Source: Camelus dromedarius (taxonomy: Eukaryota). From it: DNA of 64,000 bases. Shown one piece after another: positions 40,621 through 54,294 of this stretch. The notes beneath the pieces were generated by a model. It was given only the letters and a program-made list of their open reading frames with translations. It had not been told where the DNA came from and did not search any database. The stretch spans positions 97,342,001 through 97,406,000 of the forward strand of contig NC_087472.1 in assembly GCF_036321535.1 (NCBI RefSeq), written 5' to 3'. The position numbers and the translations under genes were made by a program. Every line of letters begins with the position of its first letter. Position 1 is the first letter of the stretch.

Positions 40621-42324
40621 TGTTATACTTGAATCTACGGGCAGCAACCAGTATCTTCTATAAAGAAGAAATGATCTTTGTCCCTCCTCTGTAGGAACAG
40701 TAAGTTCAGCTTACTCTGCATCTTATGCATGATGTTCTGAGCTCTGAATGACAGTGAGGTCAGGAGAAGATAGTGGTCTGGCAGGCTGTGTGTTCCCAGC
40801 AAAATTGGACACCCACACGTGTGTGTGTGTGTGTGCTGTAGAAGGGAGGTAAGGAGGAGACTCTTTCTCAGAAGCAGAAAATGCTTCTTCCCTTTAGTTA
40901 ACATCATTTTACACTGTCTTATCTGTGAGAGAGTAAAGTTAAAATGGAATGTCACATGGTGCTTCATGGGAAGTCACTGTGAGAGTGTGTGTGTTGTAGG
41001 AAAGGTATAAACAAGACAAAAACTAATGCCTAGAAAAAGATGTGACAAGGCCACATTTATTGATTCCAGAGAAAATTAAAATGTTTATGTAAAATGCCAT
41101 ATGAGTCTTCATAAGACATAAGCCTAAAAGCTATTAGTTCAGGCTTCAGAGGGATTTTGCTGAGTCTGAGAAATGGGTTCCATTGAAATTTTAATTTGGA
41201 CCCCCAAACACATCAGTATACTTCTTGTTAAAAGCTCATCGAAAATTACAGGGTTTGATGATCATATGGACTTTATTTAAAATGGGTCAACATCTTTGCA
41301 AACATTTCACCCAGTTGGAAGGGCTAGAAAAAAACCGAAGTTTGCAGTGGGAGAAGGGACCTGAAAGGTAACATTTGCAGGTGGCGCCAAACACTAACAG
41401 GCTTTCAGTATTGTTTGTGTGCTTGGCGAGGCGATATCAGAGATTACAGTTTTGTGAACTTGGGTGGCACTGAACAGCTTCAGCTGTATTTGAGAAGTGA
41501 AATGAAGACGTCAGCATGAAGAGAGGACCCGGTTCTTCCACCTTGTCACTTAATAGATTTTCATCTAATCAATACACCCAGGAATTGTGAATTATCATCT
41601 CTTTTTTTTTATTAAGAGAAGGGCGCTTGGGTTATAGGAAGGGAGGGGAGAGGGAGAGAAATATTTTGCTGACTTAATATTCTTTTAGAAAATATGTGCT
41701 CTTTGCTTTCTTTTTTAATTGGATTTTCAAGCTTAGGTGGAAAACCAAAGACAGCCCATCAGTTCCTCTCTCCTTACTCCCCTTCTGTGTGAAAAGATGT
41801 TTTGTTTTATAATTCCTTGGGTTCAAGAGAAGATTGCCATTGCTTTTGGCTATGTAGCTCCATTAGGTAGAATTATTCACCCTGAGCCCCTCAGTGTTGT
41901 TGACTGCAAGAGATTCTCTGGTCAGCTACATTTCAAGTCTGTCAGAGTCAGTGATGTAGTCCAGGTGCAGCCAAGTGTGAATGCCGGTAAGGCTCTTGGT
42001 TCAGATGACCTTGATATTGGGTCTCTTCATGACTGCTGCTCAAGTTTTCTACTCTGCTGGTTTTTCACATTTTCCTCTAATTGCTGCTGACTGTTCAAAA
42101 GCTGGGTTTGTTTTATATGCTTCCAATTTTATTATAAAATTATAGCAATTCCCTGTAGAATCCTGTGTTTTTAGTGTTCCCATTAAATAAACATCCAGGG
42201 GAAGAGTTTAATTTGCTTATTACAGTCAACTCTCACCCTAGTAAAGCATACCTCATTGGAGCCTCTTCTCAATAATGGAAAATTCACTGCCTCAATAGGA
42301 GGTACTTTTGGCTATATTCACCAT

Positions 42325-43270
42325 TTATCAGTTAAGATGCTTTGGGTAATACAATACACAACTAATAATGACTTAAACAGTAAAGGCATTTATTATTTCA
42401 TATTATGCAAAGTTCAGAGGTAGGAGATTCCTTGGTGCTTTTGTTGGGTCCAGTATTTACGGGATGGGACAGCTAGAGGAAAAGGATCAGGAGTGGTTAG
42501 AGAAATCCTTAACCACTGCTCACATCTGATACCTTTGAGAGAAGAGGGAAAAGGAAGAAGGATTGGGTAGGAAGAGCCTAAGACTACAGTGAGGCTCTGA
42601 GAAACCCACAGCCAAACTAACATACCACAAAAATATGGTCCAGAGTGGAGTCCCATTTTGGGTAGAAATGACTGGGGCCCTAGTGCTTCCTGCCTAGGGC
42701 TTCCTGCAAGAGCTTGGCTTTAGCTCACATGAGGCCACAGATTGTTCACAGCCGGGGCTGCCAGCTAACTGCACTCCTTGCAACTGATCAGCAAGCTCGT
42801 TCTTAAACAGAGACCCGAGTGGCACACCTCCACAGCTGCCACATGGGTTTGAGTTCAGCAGCAGTTATGCCACCCAGGATCCTGGTGCTTTCCACACTTA
42901 TGTTTGGTCATGCTGAGCATGTTGGTATCCTTCAGATTTATTTCCTCATTGTCTAAAAATGACTGTGACAACCGCCTGTCTTCACACAGCTATGTACAAA
43001 AGCAGGAAGGAGAGCTCATCCTCACCTCCCTCTGTACTGAAGGGACGAAGATCTTTCTTTAAAGTTGCCAGACAGACTTTTTTTTGTCAGTCCCATGGGC
43101 CAAGTTTGAATCATGCGCCTATGCTTTAGCTGCACGGGAGGCTAGGAAAGTGAATTTGTGGCTTTTTCAACCTAATAATGGAAAGTAGGTCATGCCAGCA
43201 AGTAGGCAGGGGCAAAGGAGGGAGGTGGTGTGGGTAACTGTTTGGTAGGTGAGCCACCAGTGCCTGCCAC
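42325..43270 (-). mobile_element. MLT1K/L-like LTR interrupted by an ERVL-type LTR (~42435-42843)
   Basis: tcagttaagatgcttt...atgacttaaacagtaaaggcatttatt; insert ends ggcacacctccacagctgccaca; resumes to tgcctgccaca. Confidence 0.6.
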
Positions 43271-43689
43271 ACGAAATATTGCTTAGGTGGCACTTCATCA
43301 TTTGATTGCCAGAAATTCAGATGTTAGAGATTGTAAGTTTGTCACTGAATGTGTGACTTGTTATACTGGCAGGTTCTTTTGCTTCTCTTGTACTCCCGTC
43401 CCTTCCCCCAGACAAGACTATGAAGGCTTTATTGTAGGTTGCAGTCTTTCTTCATATCATTTCTTACCTTCTTATATCGTTGCTGTGATACATAGTTTAC
43501 AAAATACCTGAGTGGACAGATACCAGCCATACTGTTGAGACTCATCTTTCAAAAGGACTTCTTCAACAGTACTGCAAGATCGTTTGTTTCTTTCAGCAGT
43601 ATCATCTGATCATTTTTGACTTTTTATTTTGATATGAGTTAGAAAACTATGACGGTGAAATCCATGTAATTATAAAAACAAAAAAGCAA

Positions 43690-44950
43690 AGAAACAGAAT
43701 TGGAGTTCTTGTCGGTTACATGTAAAAGGACAACATAAAAACATCTTTTTATTATAATAAAGGTGATGCTATTTTATAGAAATTTTAGAAAATAAAGATT
43801 AAAACCACCTATAATTGCATGATGTAGGAAACTATGACTATCACTGATGTGTGTCTGTGTGTGTCCAGTTCATCTGTTTCTTTCTACATGTAATTTTCTA
43901 AACACAAAAGAAGTGATTTTATAAACTACTCTTCCTCATACTTTTAAATATTCTTCAAGGACATGATTTCTACTATTCCAAATCAGGAATAGATGTGCTG
44001 CAATGATAGGGAACGATAGTCCCTATCATTGGACTTTGAGGGTTTTTTTTTCCTAAAATTTAACTATTTTAAGCACCTCTATGGTAAATAGCCTTGTATA
44101 TACATCTTAGTATGTATATATAATTATCTTCTTAGGGTGAATGTCTAGATTTGATTATGTTTAGGAGTGCAAGTCTCTTAAACATAAGCAAATTTTATAT
44201 ATTATCTCAGCTGTCCCTCCAAGGAATATAATTTTACCAAATTATAATTTATTAATGTTTGTTCCCTGCATTGCTGTTAGTATTAGATATTCCTTTTTTT
44301 TTTTCTAATTACAACCAAGTTTTCTAGAGAAAAAGTTCTATCACTGGTTTAATTTTTATTCATTTGATTATAAAGGAGGTAAGCACTTTTTTACATGTTT
44401 ATTATTCATTTGTTTGTTTGGTTAATTGACTTTTACATTTCAGCCTATGTATCTATGTTGAGATTCATCTTTTATTTTTAGTTTTTAAAAATCTCTGTGT
44501 ATTAAATATAAATAACTACGAGTGTATTCTTTATTTTAAATCATTTTTCTGGTGTTTCCTTTTTCTTTTATAGTATTTTTGGTATTTCAGGTTTACATTG
44601 TTAAACCTGTTAATATTTACCTTGAATTTTCTGTGGTTGCTTCTATGTTTACAAGTTTTTCCACTTTGATATCAAATTTTATTCCTATATGAGCTTCAAG
44701 TTCTTTTACTTTTTATGAAAAGCAAGAATCTAGTGGGGACATTTTTAATAGTAGGAGTTTTATGGTTGATCAGTTATTCTGGTATGTATGTATATATGTA
44801 TGGTGTATTTTTTAATTTTAAAAAGTTTGTTTTGAAACAGACTTTTCTGTCTTCACCAATTTAAAAATTCAACCTTTATTGTATACTAGTTTCTTATGCA
44901 AATTTAGCTCTGGACAGTTCTCCAACGATTTATCAATCATACAGGATAAA
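43690..44950 (-). mobile_element. Old L1ME-type 3' region
   Basis: T-rich, with tcactggttttaatt...attcatttgatta...ttttacatgtttatt. Confidence 0.55.
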
Positions 44951-45517
44951 ACTGTTTAAACCATTATATTTTTATAATGTCTTTAAATACTTGATAATGC
45001 AATTCCTCCTAATTAATTTGAATTTTTCAAAATTGTCTCTGCAGGAATGCAAACAGTATGGTACAAATGTCAACATTATTGGTAGATAGCAAGAATTACA
45101 GAAGTTTTGAAATGGAGGAGAGCAGATGGGATCTTGGGGAAGATGTGGCACTTTGGCTAGACTTAGAATGTTGAATCTGATTTGACCTGGCAGAGAGGAA
45201 GGAGAAAGGGCATTACAAATGCAGGAAGCAGTGTGAATAATGGCACCTGGAATTGTGAACAAGCATTATATAATGGGTGTTGGAAAAGGCAGGGTGGAAG
45301 GGGTCTAATATTTGTTAAGTACCTACTGAATGTAAATCACCATGCTCAGTATTTTATAGGAATAACTGAGATCAGCTGAATCCTCATACTTTGTCTCTGG
45401 TGTCAGTGCATGCTCAGTGTCCTTCCTTCTCTCTGTTCTAATTTGCACGCAGAACTCTATTTATTTGAGTTTCTATAAAACAATTCACTCACAAATACTT
45501 TGTTGGTCAGTGTAAAC

Positions 45518-46490
45518 CATGGTTTCTTGGCCTCAATACTGTAGACTTTTTGGGCTGCAAATTCCATTGTTGTAGAGTATTGTCCTGTGTATTATAGGAT
45601 GTTTATTCCTGACTTCTGTGCACTAGATGACAGTTGCAATCTTGCTACCTAGGTGGGACAGCTAAAAATGTCTCCAGACATTGCCATATGTCCTTCAGGG
45701 GGCAAAATCAACTCTGATTGGCAATCACTGATATAGATTATACCAAAGACAATGCAAGTTGATGGAGAGTTTTATATTGAACAGTGTACAAATATATATA
45801 TATATATATCCTTTTCTTGTTTTCCTCGTTGAGCTCCCTTTTTGGTTTCTCTGCAATTGAGTTTTGAAGGGGGTATGTTTCACTTAATCTATTGCAAGGT
45901 TTCTTAACTATGGCACTACTGACATTTTGGCCACATAATTCTTTGTTTTGGGGGGTGTCCTGTGCATTGTGTGATGTTTTAACAGCACCACTGGGCTCTA
46001 CTCAACAGATGCCAATACCCCTCCCCCCGAGTTAATGGCAACCAAATCTGTCTCCAGATACTGGCATAATTGGCCTTGGTGGAGAACCACTGATGCAGAC
46101 TCTACCAAGGATAGGAAAGCTGTAGGGTTATATTCTGCACAACCCACATGATACAATTTTAAAATCCTTTATTTTTTCCTCTGAAGTTCTTTCTTGGTAA
46201 CTATGAGATTGGTTTTTGTTGTTTTGCTTTGTTTTGTTTTGCTTATGTCTCTCAGGGATTCTCCATCTCAGCACTACTGATGTTTTGGGCCAAACAATTC
46301 TTTGTTGTGTGGGGCTATCCTATAGGTTGTAGGGGGTTTAGCAGCATCCCTGGCCTCTACCCACTAGGTGCCAGCAGCACCCAGCACCAGCCCATACCCC
46401 TAGTAGTTGAAACAACCAATACTCTCTTCACATATGGTTAAATGTGTCTTGGAGGGAATGGACAAAAGTGCCCCTGGTCGAGAACCACTA
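45518..46490. mobile_element. Three co-oriented MER20 elements (45518..45730, 45895..46092, 46253..46490)
   Basis: Each has the MER20 order: cact(a)ctgac-like start, ttctttgttgtgggg-like segment, ctctac-like segment, tctccaga-like segment and gagaaccactg-like end. Confidence 0.85.
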
Positions 46491-46939
46491 TTCTGTTTCT
46501 ATTTACCTTTCCTCATACAGTAGCTCTTCTTTTCAGCCTTTTCCTTAAGACGAAATGTATATTTCTTTCCTCTTCTTACTCATTGAGTGATAACTTTTTG
46601 TTACTGTTACTCGAATATGATTGAGGAACCTCACTTTCTCTCTCAAGTGGTTTGTTATATTTTTCTCTAACAAATACAGCATTGCCCCTAAGAGTAATTC
46701 TGGCAAATAACATATACTCCAACTTGCTAAACATTTGTTATTTCTCCTCCAAGTGAACAGGAACAGGCCATTTGAGCTTCTATCCCGGGTTCTGCTATAA
46801 ATTGCTTTTGCATTAGAGTAAATTGGCACATACTTCTCTGTTTCACTAAATCTGAACATGTAGGCAACCTCAAGACAAGCGTATTGTCCTGCACATAGTA
46901 ACTATATTGACATGAAAAGAATGTAAATATTGCAAACAG

Positions 46940-47135
46940 GCACTTGTGGGTTAAAATATCACATTATTCCTCTTTAACCAGATTTAGTCACCTTAGGCAA
47001 GTTAGTTCCTCTGACATTGTTTCACATTGTACAAAACAGGGGTAAGATAACCTTCTAAATGGATTTTAAATAAAGATTATAGATTATAAAATAAAGCACC
47101 TGGTATATATCAGGCACTCAAAAATGTTAACCATT
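46940..47135. mobile_element. MIR SINE
   Basis: ccttaggcaagtta...taaagcacctgg...caggcactcaaaaatgtta. Confidence 0.6.
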
Positions 47136-47784
47136 GTTCTTAATTTTATTAAGAGATATGCAGGCCTTTATAAAGAGCTTTTAAAGGCAGACTTTAAATT
47201 TCAAACACCTATACATAGAATGTTTACCTCTTTATTTCACTTAATTTCTGACTTTTTGTTGTGATTATAGCTGAGGCATGTTGAGAAAAAAGATTGCTGC
47301 ATTATTGATTTTTTATTTGCCAGAAATTTTAAGGCTTGACTAATTCTAATGTTCTCATAAACACTTAATTTTAAAATTCAGCATCATTGTGAGGATGTCT
47401 TCTTGCAATAAGAGAAGATGTATATTGCTTCTAAATAAAATGTAAGAGAGAAAATTATAAAATTAGGAATTTTACTAAAATTGGTTCCTCTGGCAAAGAT
47501 GTCATTTGGTTTTTTTAGTGTTTTTCCCAGTATATAAGAGAGATTTTTATTTCACATTAATCTTTCTTGTGGTGTGTATAAGTGGTTTTGACCTTTTCAA
47601 GACAAATTGAAAAATAAGATGAAAAGAAATTAAAGACAACCTGTGAATCACATTTCAAAAAATCAATAAAAATGCAGAATGCAGTATTCTGGTCATTAAA
47701 AGGGGTTTCATTGTTCAATTTGTTACACAAGGATGTGATTTTCCTCTAGATTAGAAAGTAAAGTGTCAATATAAGGCTGGGGTA

Positions 47785-47990
47785 CACAGCCTGTTATAAT
47801 ATCATAGAATTTATTGGTGTAGGAGACTTCAAAATTATTTAATATAACCATCCCAATTTATTAGTGAAAAAAGTGAGGTCTATAGAAGGCAAGTGACCTC
47901 CCCAGAATTTTAAACCATTTGTTAGTGACAGAGTTCCTTTGAGGATCTGATTCCCAGTGAGTCAGAATTGCTCTATTAGTCACACTTATC
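47785..47990. mobile_element. MIR SINE
   Basis: atcatagaattt...aagtgaggtctatagaaggcaagtgacctccc. Confidence 0.55.
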
Positions 47991-48338
47991 TGAAAAAATA
48001 GAACTGTGGAATCTTCTCGAAGGTTTAGCATTTATTTTCTAATGAATTTTACAAATTAGGAAATAATAGTGGAGATATTTTCAGGGATTGTTGTGTTACC
48101 AACCACTGAGGGAAAATAAAGTATTTTGACTGGGATAAGCTTGATAAGAACTATGTTTCAGTTCAATACAAATATGTTAAAGCAAGTAAAAACACCACTG
48201 TTGTCTTCTACCAGGTCTTTCAGAGAAGACACAGATGGACATGGCAAGCTGTAAAAAAGAAAGCAGACTTTAACAGACGCATAACATTTAAGTTTTACTC
48301 AGACAATCTCTCATTCTCATTTTCAAAACACTTTGGAT

Positions 48339-48344
48339 TTTATT
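48339..48344 (-). terminator. Candidate polyadenylation signal (AATAAA) of DDX53
   Basis: tttatt on + strand, ~140 nt past the stop codon. A variant ATTAAA lies at 48377..48382. Confidence 0.55.
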
Positions 48345-48485
48345 GAAGAACATATATTGAAAACTTAGTGGTGTTATTTAATAACTGGTCAAATATATTC
48401 AAACTGCTGGTATGTTTCTAATACTGCATAACTTTAACATAACTTGAATCTTCTAGTAGCCTGGTGCAAGTTTTCAATGCAAACA

Positions 48486-50423
<1,938 letters not shown>

Positions 50424-50514
50424 CTACCACAAGTTGGGAAAAAATGTGGCCTCAGGAATCTGTCTTGTCAGGTCAGGCTCTCCATGAACAGACAGGCTGC
50501 CAGGAGGAAGCTAC

Positions 50515-50590
50515 ACAGCCGTTACTAGAGAATTATTCTTTGACGTAGTGTTGGGGAGGGGCTTTGATGGGCCTGACCAATCACAGAGCT
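50515..50590 (-). promoter_or_regulatory. Putative DDX53 proximal promoter
   Basis: 130-200 bp upstream of the ATG: MYB-type site (ccgtta 50519..50524), CRE-like TGACGT (50541..50546), Sp/KLF-like GGGGAGGGG (50553..50561), CCAAT (50577..50581). Confidence 0.5.
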
Positions 50591-51189
50591 GGGATTTGGG
50601 TGAGGTAAGCAGGCACCTCTGACACATAATTTAAAGTGACACTCACTCTCAGGGGCTGACCCTGTTGGCATTTAAAGGGGCATGAGACTGCTCAGCTTTT
50701 GTGTCCTAGGTACCTCTATCAGTGGCCTTATGCTGGTTCTGGCTCAGTGTGGGAGGAGACTTGAAGCACACCTTGAACTTATCCACATAGTCTTTTTTTT
50801 TTTTTTTTTTCAATAAGCAAGTTATTTCCATGGGAGGAAAAAACAGTAAATTAAAAAAAAATCAACTTACTTGTTTATATGTTTGTATGTTCATTTCGGT
50901 GAATTGTTTTTTGAATAACAACAATCCAGGGTCCAGCTAAATTCATCCTTTCCCTGTCCTCTACTGTAACTTAAATTAAACCATCGGAAGTCTCTTAGGT
51001 GCACTCTTATGGATGGCATTTTGCCTCTGATTCTTCAGTTAAACTCCAGCATTTGTTCAGGCAGTTTCTAGTTATTTCAGGGATCCGGGTTAGAAGAGAG
51101 GTAGAGTGTGTACTACACTAACTTTGGAGGTGTTTTCAATAATTTGACATTTTTCTCAGAGCCTCTTAATTTTTTTCCTTCCCTGTAGT

Positions 51190-52200
51190 TTCATAGATTC
51201 AGAAATCTTAGCCCTGGAAGGCTATGTAAAAGTCATTTATTAGGTGCAAAGTAGAGGGCACCCTGGCAGCAATCTGGGCAGGTGGATATCCAGCTTCTAT
51301 TTAAACAGTCCCAGAGGCAAGGAGCTCGCTTTGCTTCAAGGATCTCCATCCCATTATGAGGCAGTTTAATGATTACAAAGGTAGTTTTGAACTAAAATGT
51401 TCCACTTCTTGCTTTCTTAGGTCCTTTTTCTGACTTCTAAAGTTACACAGAATCAGTTTGATTTCCCTTGTATCCTTATGTACATAATGGCCACGATCAA
51501 ATCCCCTTAAGTTTTCTGTTCATCAGAGTAAAATTTCTAGTTTTTTCCCCCAACATTTCTAGAAATGAGATAGTTTCCAAGATGTGTACTATCTTGTTCC
51601 TTCTTCTTTGGAAATGATTCACTGTGGCACATAAAACTAAACAAATTCTGCAGAAATTGTCTTACCTTTACTATTCAGTTCTCTTCACTGACCATGACAG
51701 TTCAACTAATTCTGCCTACGATCTCAACACAAAGCTGCTCACAGGCACATGATGGACATTTAAGTCCATTCTTCCTCATCTTGTACTTAGATGGTTGATT
51801 TTTGGTTTTTTCTTTGTTTAACTAAAAATACACTAAATATTTATCCTTTTGTATCCCTCCTATTAAGTTTGGTCAATTGAAGCAGCATATTAAATACACT
51901 TTTTTTGTTTTGAGGGGGGTTGGGAGAGGAGATACTTAGGTTTTTATTTTTAGTGGAAGTATTGGAGATTGAACCCAGGACCTTGTGCAGGCTAGGCACA
52001 CACTCTACCACTGAACTGTACCCTCACCCCTAATTTTAATGCTACTTCTCTCATCCATCATATTACCATCTAGTTGCAGGTCCCCTGCCAATTAAATGTT
52101 TGTGGCATCTCTCTTCAGCCAAAGTTGCTGATTAAAAATAGAACGTGGTCAGATATATCGGGTAGAAGTCTGTGACACATTGGGAAAAACCTTCTCTATG
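51190..52200 (-). mobile_element. CR1/L3 remnant, interrupted by the SINE below
   Basis: tcatagattcag...atccagcttctatttaaa...caaggagctc...ttcaagg typical of the antisense CR1 3' end. Confidence 0.55.
51900..52030 (-). mobile_element. Camelid tRNA-derived SINE (vic-1 type)
   Basis: Reverse complement ggggtgagggtacagttcagtggtagagtgtgtgcctagcctgcacaaggtcctgggttcaatctcc...aaacctaagtatctcc plus A tail; A- and B-box-like motifs. Confidence 0.88.
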
Positions 52201-52419
52201 TCAGTATTTACCCTGCAAAGATGCTTTTTGAAGGAAAAAAGAAAGGTTGCTGGCCAAAAATATTTGGGAAATAATAGCACCCTGTATCCTCTCAGAGTCA
52301 CAATGTGTATTAGGTATCTCAGAAGCTCTGATAATTAGAGGAATTGAGAAACTCAGCTGGGCATTGTTTAACCCAAAGTTTCCAAAGGAATTTGCCAGTG
52401 GAATCTGTTCTCAGTATTT

Positions 52420-52805
52420 TCATTAAATTTTTTATATGGGATAACTTTAGATATATAGAAAGATTACACAAGTAGTACAATGGGTTTCCATATACTCTTC
52501 AACCAGTTTCAGGCTCCTCTAATCTTATCTCACAGTACCATGGTATACTTGTCAAATATAAGAAATCAACATTGGTGTGTTAAGATTAACTAACTCCAGA
52601 TTTTATACCATTCATTTTGCATTAATATGTTTTTTCTGTTCCAGTATCCACTCTAGGATTCCACATTGCATTTAGCTGTTATGTATGATGTATGATCGTC
52701 TCTCAGTCTTTCCTTATTTTTAATAACCTTGCCAGTTTTGAGGAATAATTGTCAGGTATTTTGTAGAATGTCCTTCAAATTGGATATGCCTGATAACATT
52801 TCTCA
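52420..52805 (-). mobile_element. L1MB-type 3' end
   Basis: ataactttagatatatagaaagattaca...ttctgttccagtatcca...tcaggtattttgtagaatgtcc. Confidence 0.8.
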
Positions 52806-52849
52806 TGAAGCATACAATCTTGGGACCACTTAACAGGGAAATTGGAGGG

Positions 52850-53400
52850 GGAGTCATCTGTAGGGCAAGAAGAGGAGTTTGGCTTCAGACATGTCCAGTG
52901 TGTGGTGTTGTCAGGACATACAAGTGGAAATGCTAAGGACAACTGGAGATCTGGGACTGTAGTTCAGATGAGAAGACAGGAGGAAAGATATGAGAATAGT
53001 CAGCATAGAAGTTATAGTTGAAACTCAGAGAATGAATATTCTTCCCAAGAAATTGAGAGTAATGAAAGACATATTTATAAATATCTTCAGGAATCAAGAG
53101 GAGTCATATGATTAGTTAATGAGAATAGGAGGATAGGGAGCCAAGTGTAGAAAGAAGAAAAACTCAAGAGAATCAGAAGAAAGCACTATAATAGGAGATA
53201 AGGCAAGAGAAAATGAGAAGGCCTGGTAAACAGTATAAAATGCCTCATGAAGAACAGACGGTAAACAGACTACAGAATTTGGGAGAAGGAAATTATCAGT
53301 GACTTTCAAGAAGGCTCTTTTTGTGCAGTGATAGAGGAACACATACTGCAAGGGAAGTGATCGGGATGAGAGACAACTGGACTACTAGGGAACTTTGCAG
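52850..53400 (-). mobile_element. L2 fragment
   Basis: gagtttggcttcagacatgt...gacatacaagtggaaatg...gaatagtcagcataga. Confidence 0.6.
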
Positions 53401-54294
53401 TGTTGGGGAAAGAACTTTACATCTTGGACTGATAGCTGAAAGGCACTGTCTTGATTTTTAAATAAAGCTTCAAGAAACCATGATTAATGGGCAAGTTACT
53501 GGGATTGTTCTGTGAATGATCCAGTGGATTCTGGGAAGATTGCTTATCATGAATATTGGAAGAAAATGAACTTTAATAGTCTTTCAAAATATGTGGGAGG
53601 ATAGGGTGAGGGAGAGAATCACAAGGAAACAAGAACCACTCATTAGCTGTTTCAGAAAAGGAAAGTCTTTCTAAAAGGAGAGAGAGGGAGTACTGGGAGT
53701 TCTTTCCAGGAGATTACACGGCTATTTTTAGCTGCCCATTAAACCTCTCTCTATCAAATTTAGTTTACTCTCCACAGAGTGGGGGGATGCATTATTTAGG
53801 CATATGAAGAAGTGAGGCTATTGAGGTAATTAATTCTCCTTTCAGCACAAACAGTAAAAAAGAAATATTGTAAGCTGATTAGCACCTGCAGTAAGCTCCT
53901 TTGGAGAAGTTCTTGCTTACCAACTATTTCCTATGAAAATTTTAACATATTGGCATTCATTTAAAAAATAATAGCCTTCAATTATCCCTTGGCTCCGTTT
54001 TGAGGCATTTGAAGGACTGTTTCATTTCTGAAAGCTGTGGTGTAGGTAAGTGGAAAGAACAACCATATTATCTACATGGTTTGCATTGTATACAGAAGCT
54101 AAATCCTTAGAATCATGGATTTTAGAGGAGGAAAGGACTAACTTTGGAGAGCATCTCTTATAACCTTCTCATTTGCAAGTAAGAAAACTAAGATTTACAA
54201 CAGCTCTGTCCAATGGAAATGTGGTATACATCAAAGATAAAATTTTACGTTTTCTAGTGGCCACATTATTAAAAAAAAAAAAAGTAAAAAGAGA

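Noticed and set aside
41737..42090. 117-aa ORF
   Set aside because: GTG start, no recognisable homology and no supporting exon chain.
45518..46490. CRISPR-like repeat-spacer layout
   Set aside because: Eukaryotic DNA, ~200-bp diverged MER20 units and no cas genes.
48100..48340. Retrogene poly(A) remnant and TSD for DDX53
   Set aside because: No A-tract remnant or flanking direct repeat is visible, consistent with an old insertion.
51955..52030. tRNA gene
   Set aside because: Degenerate cloverleaf followed by a SINE body and A tail; it is a vic-1-type SINE.
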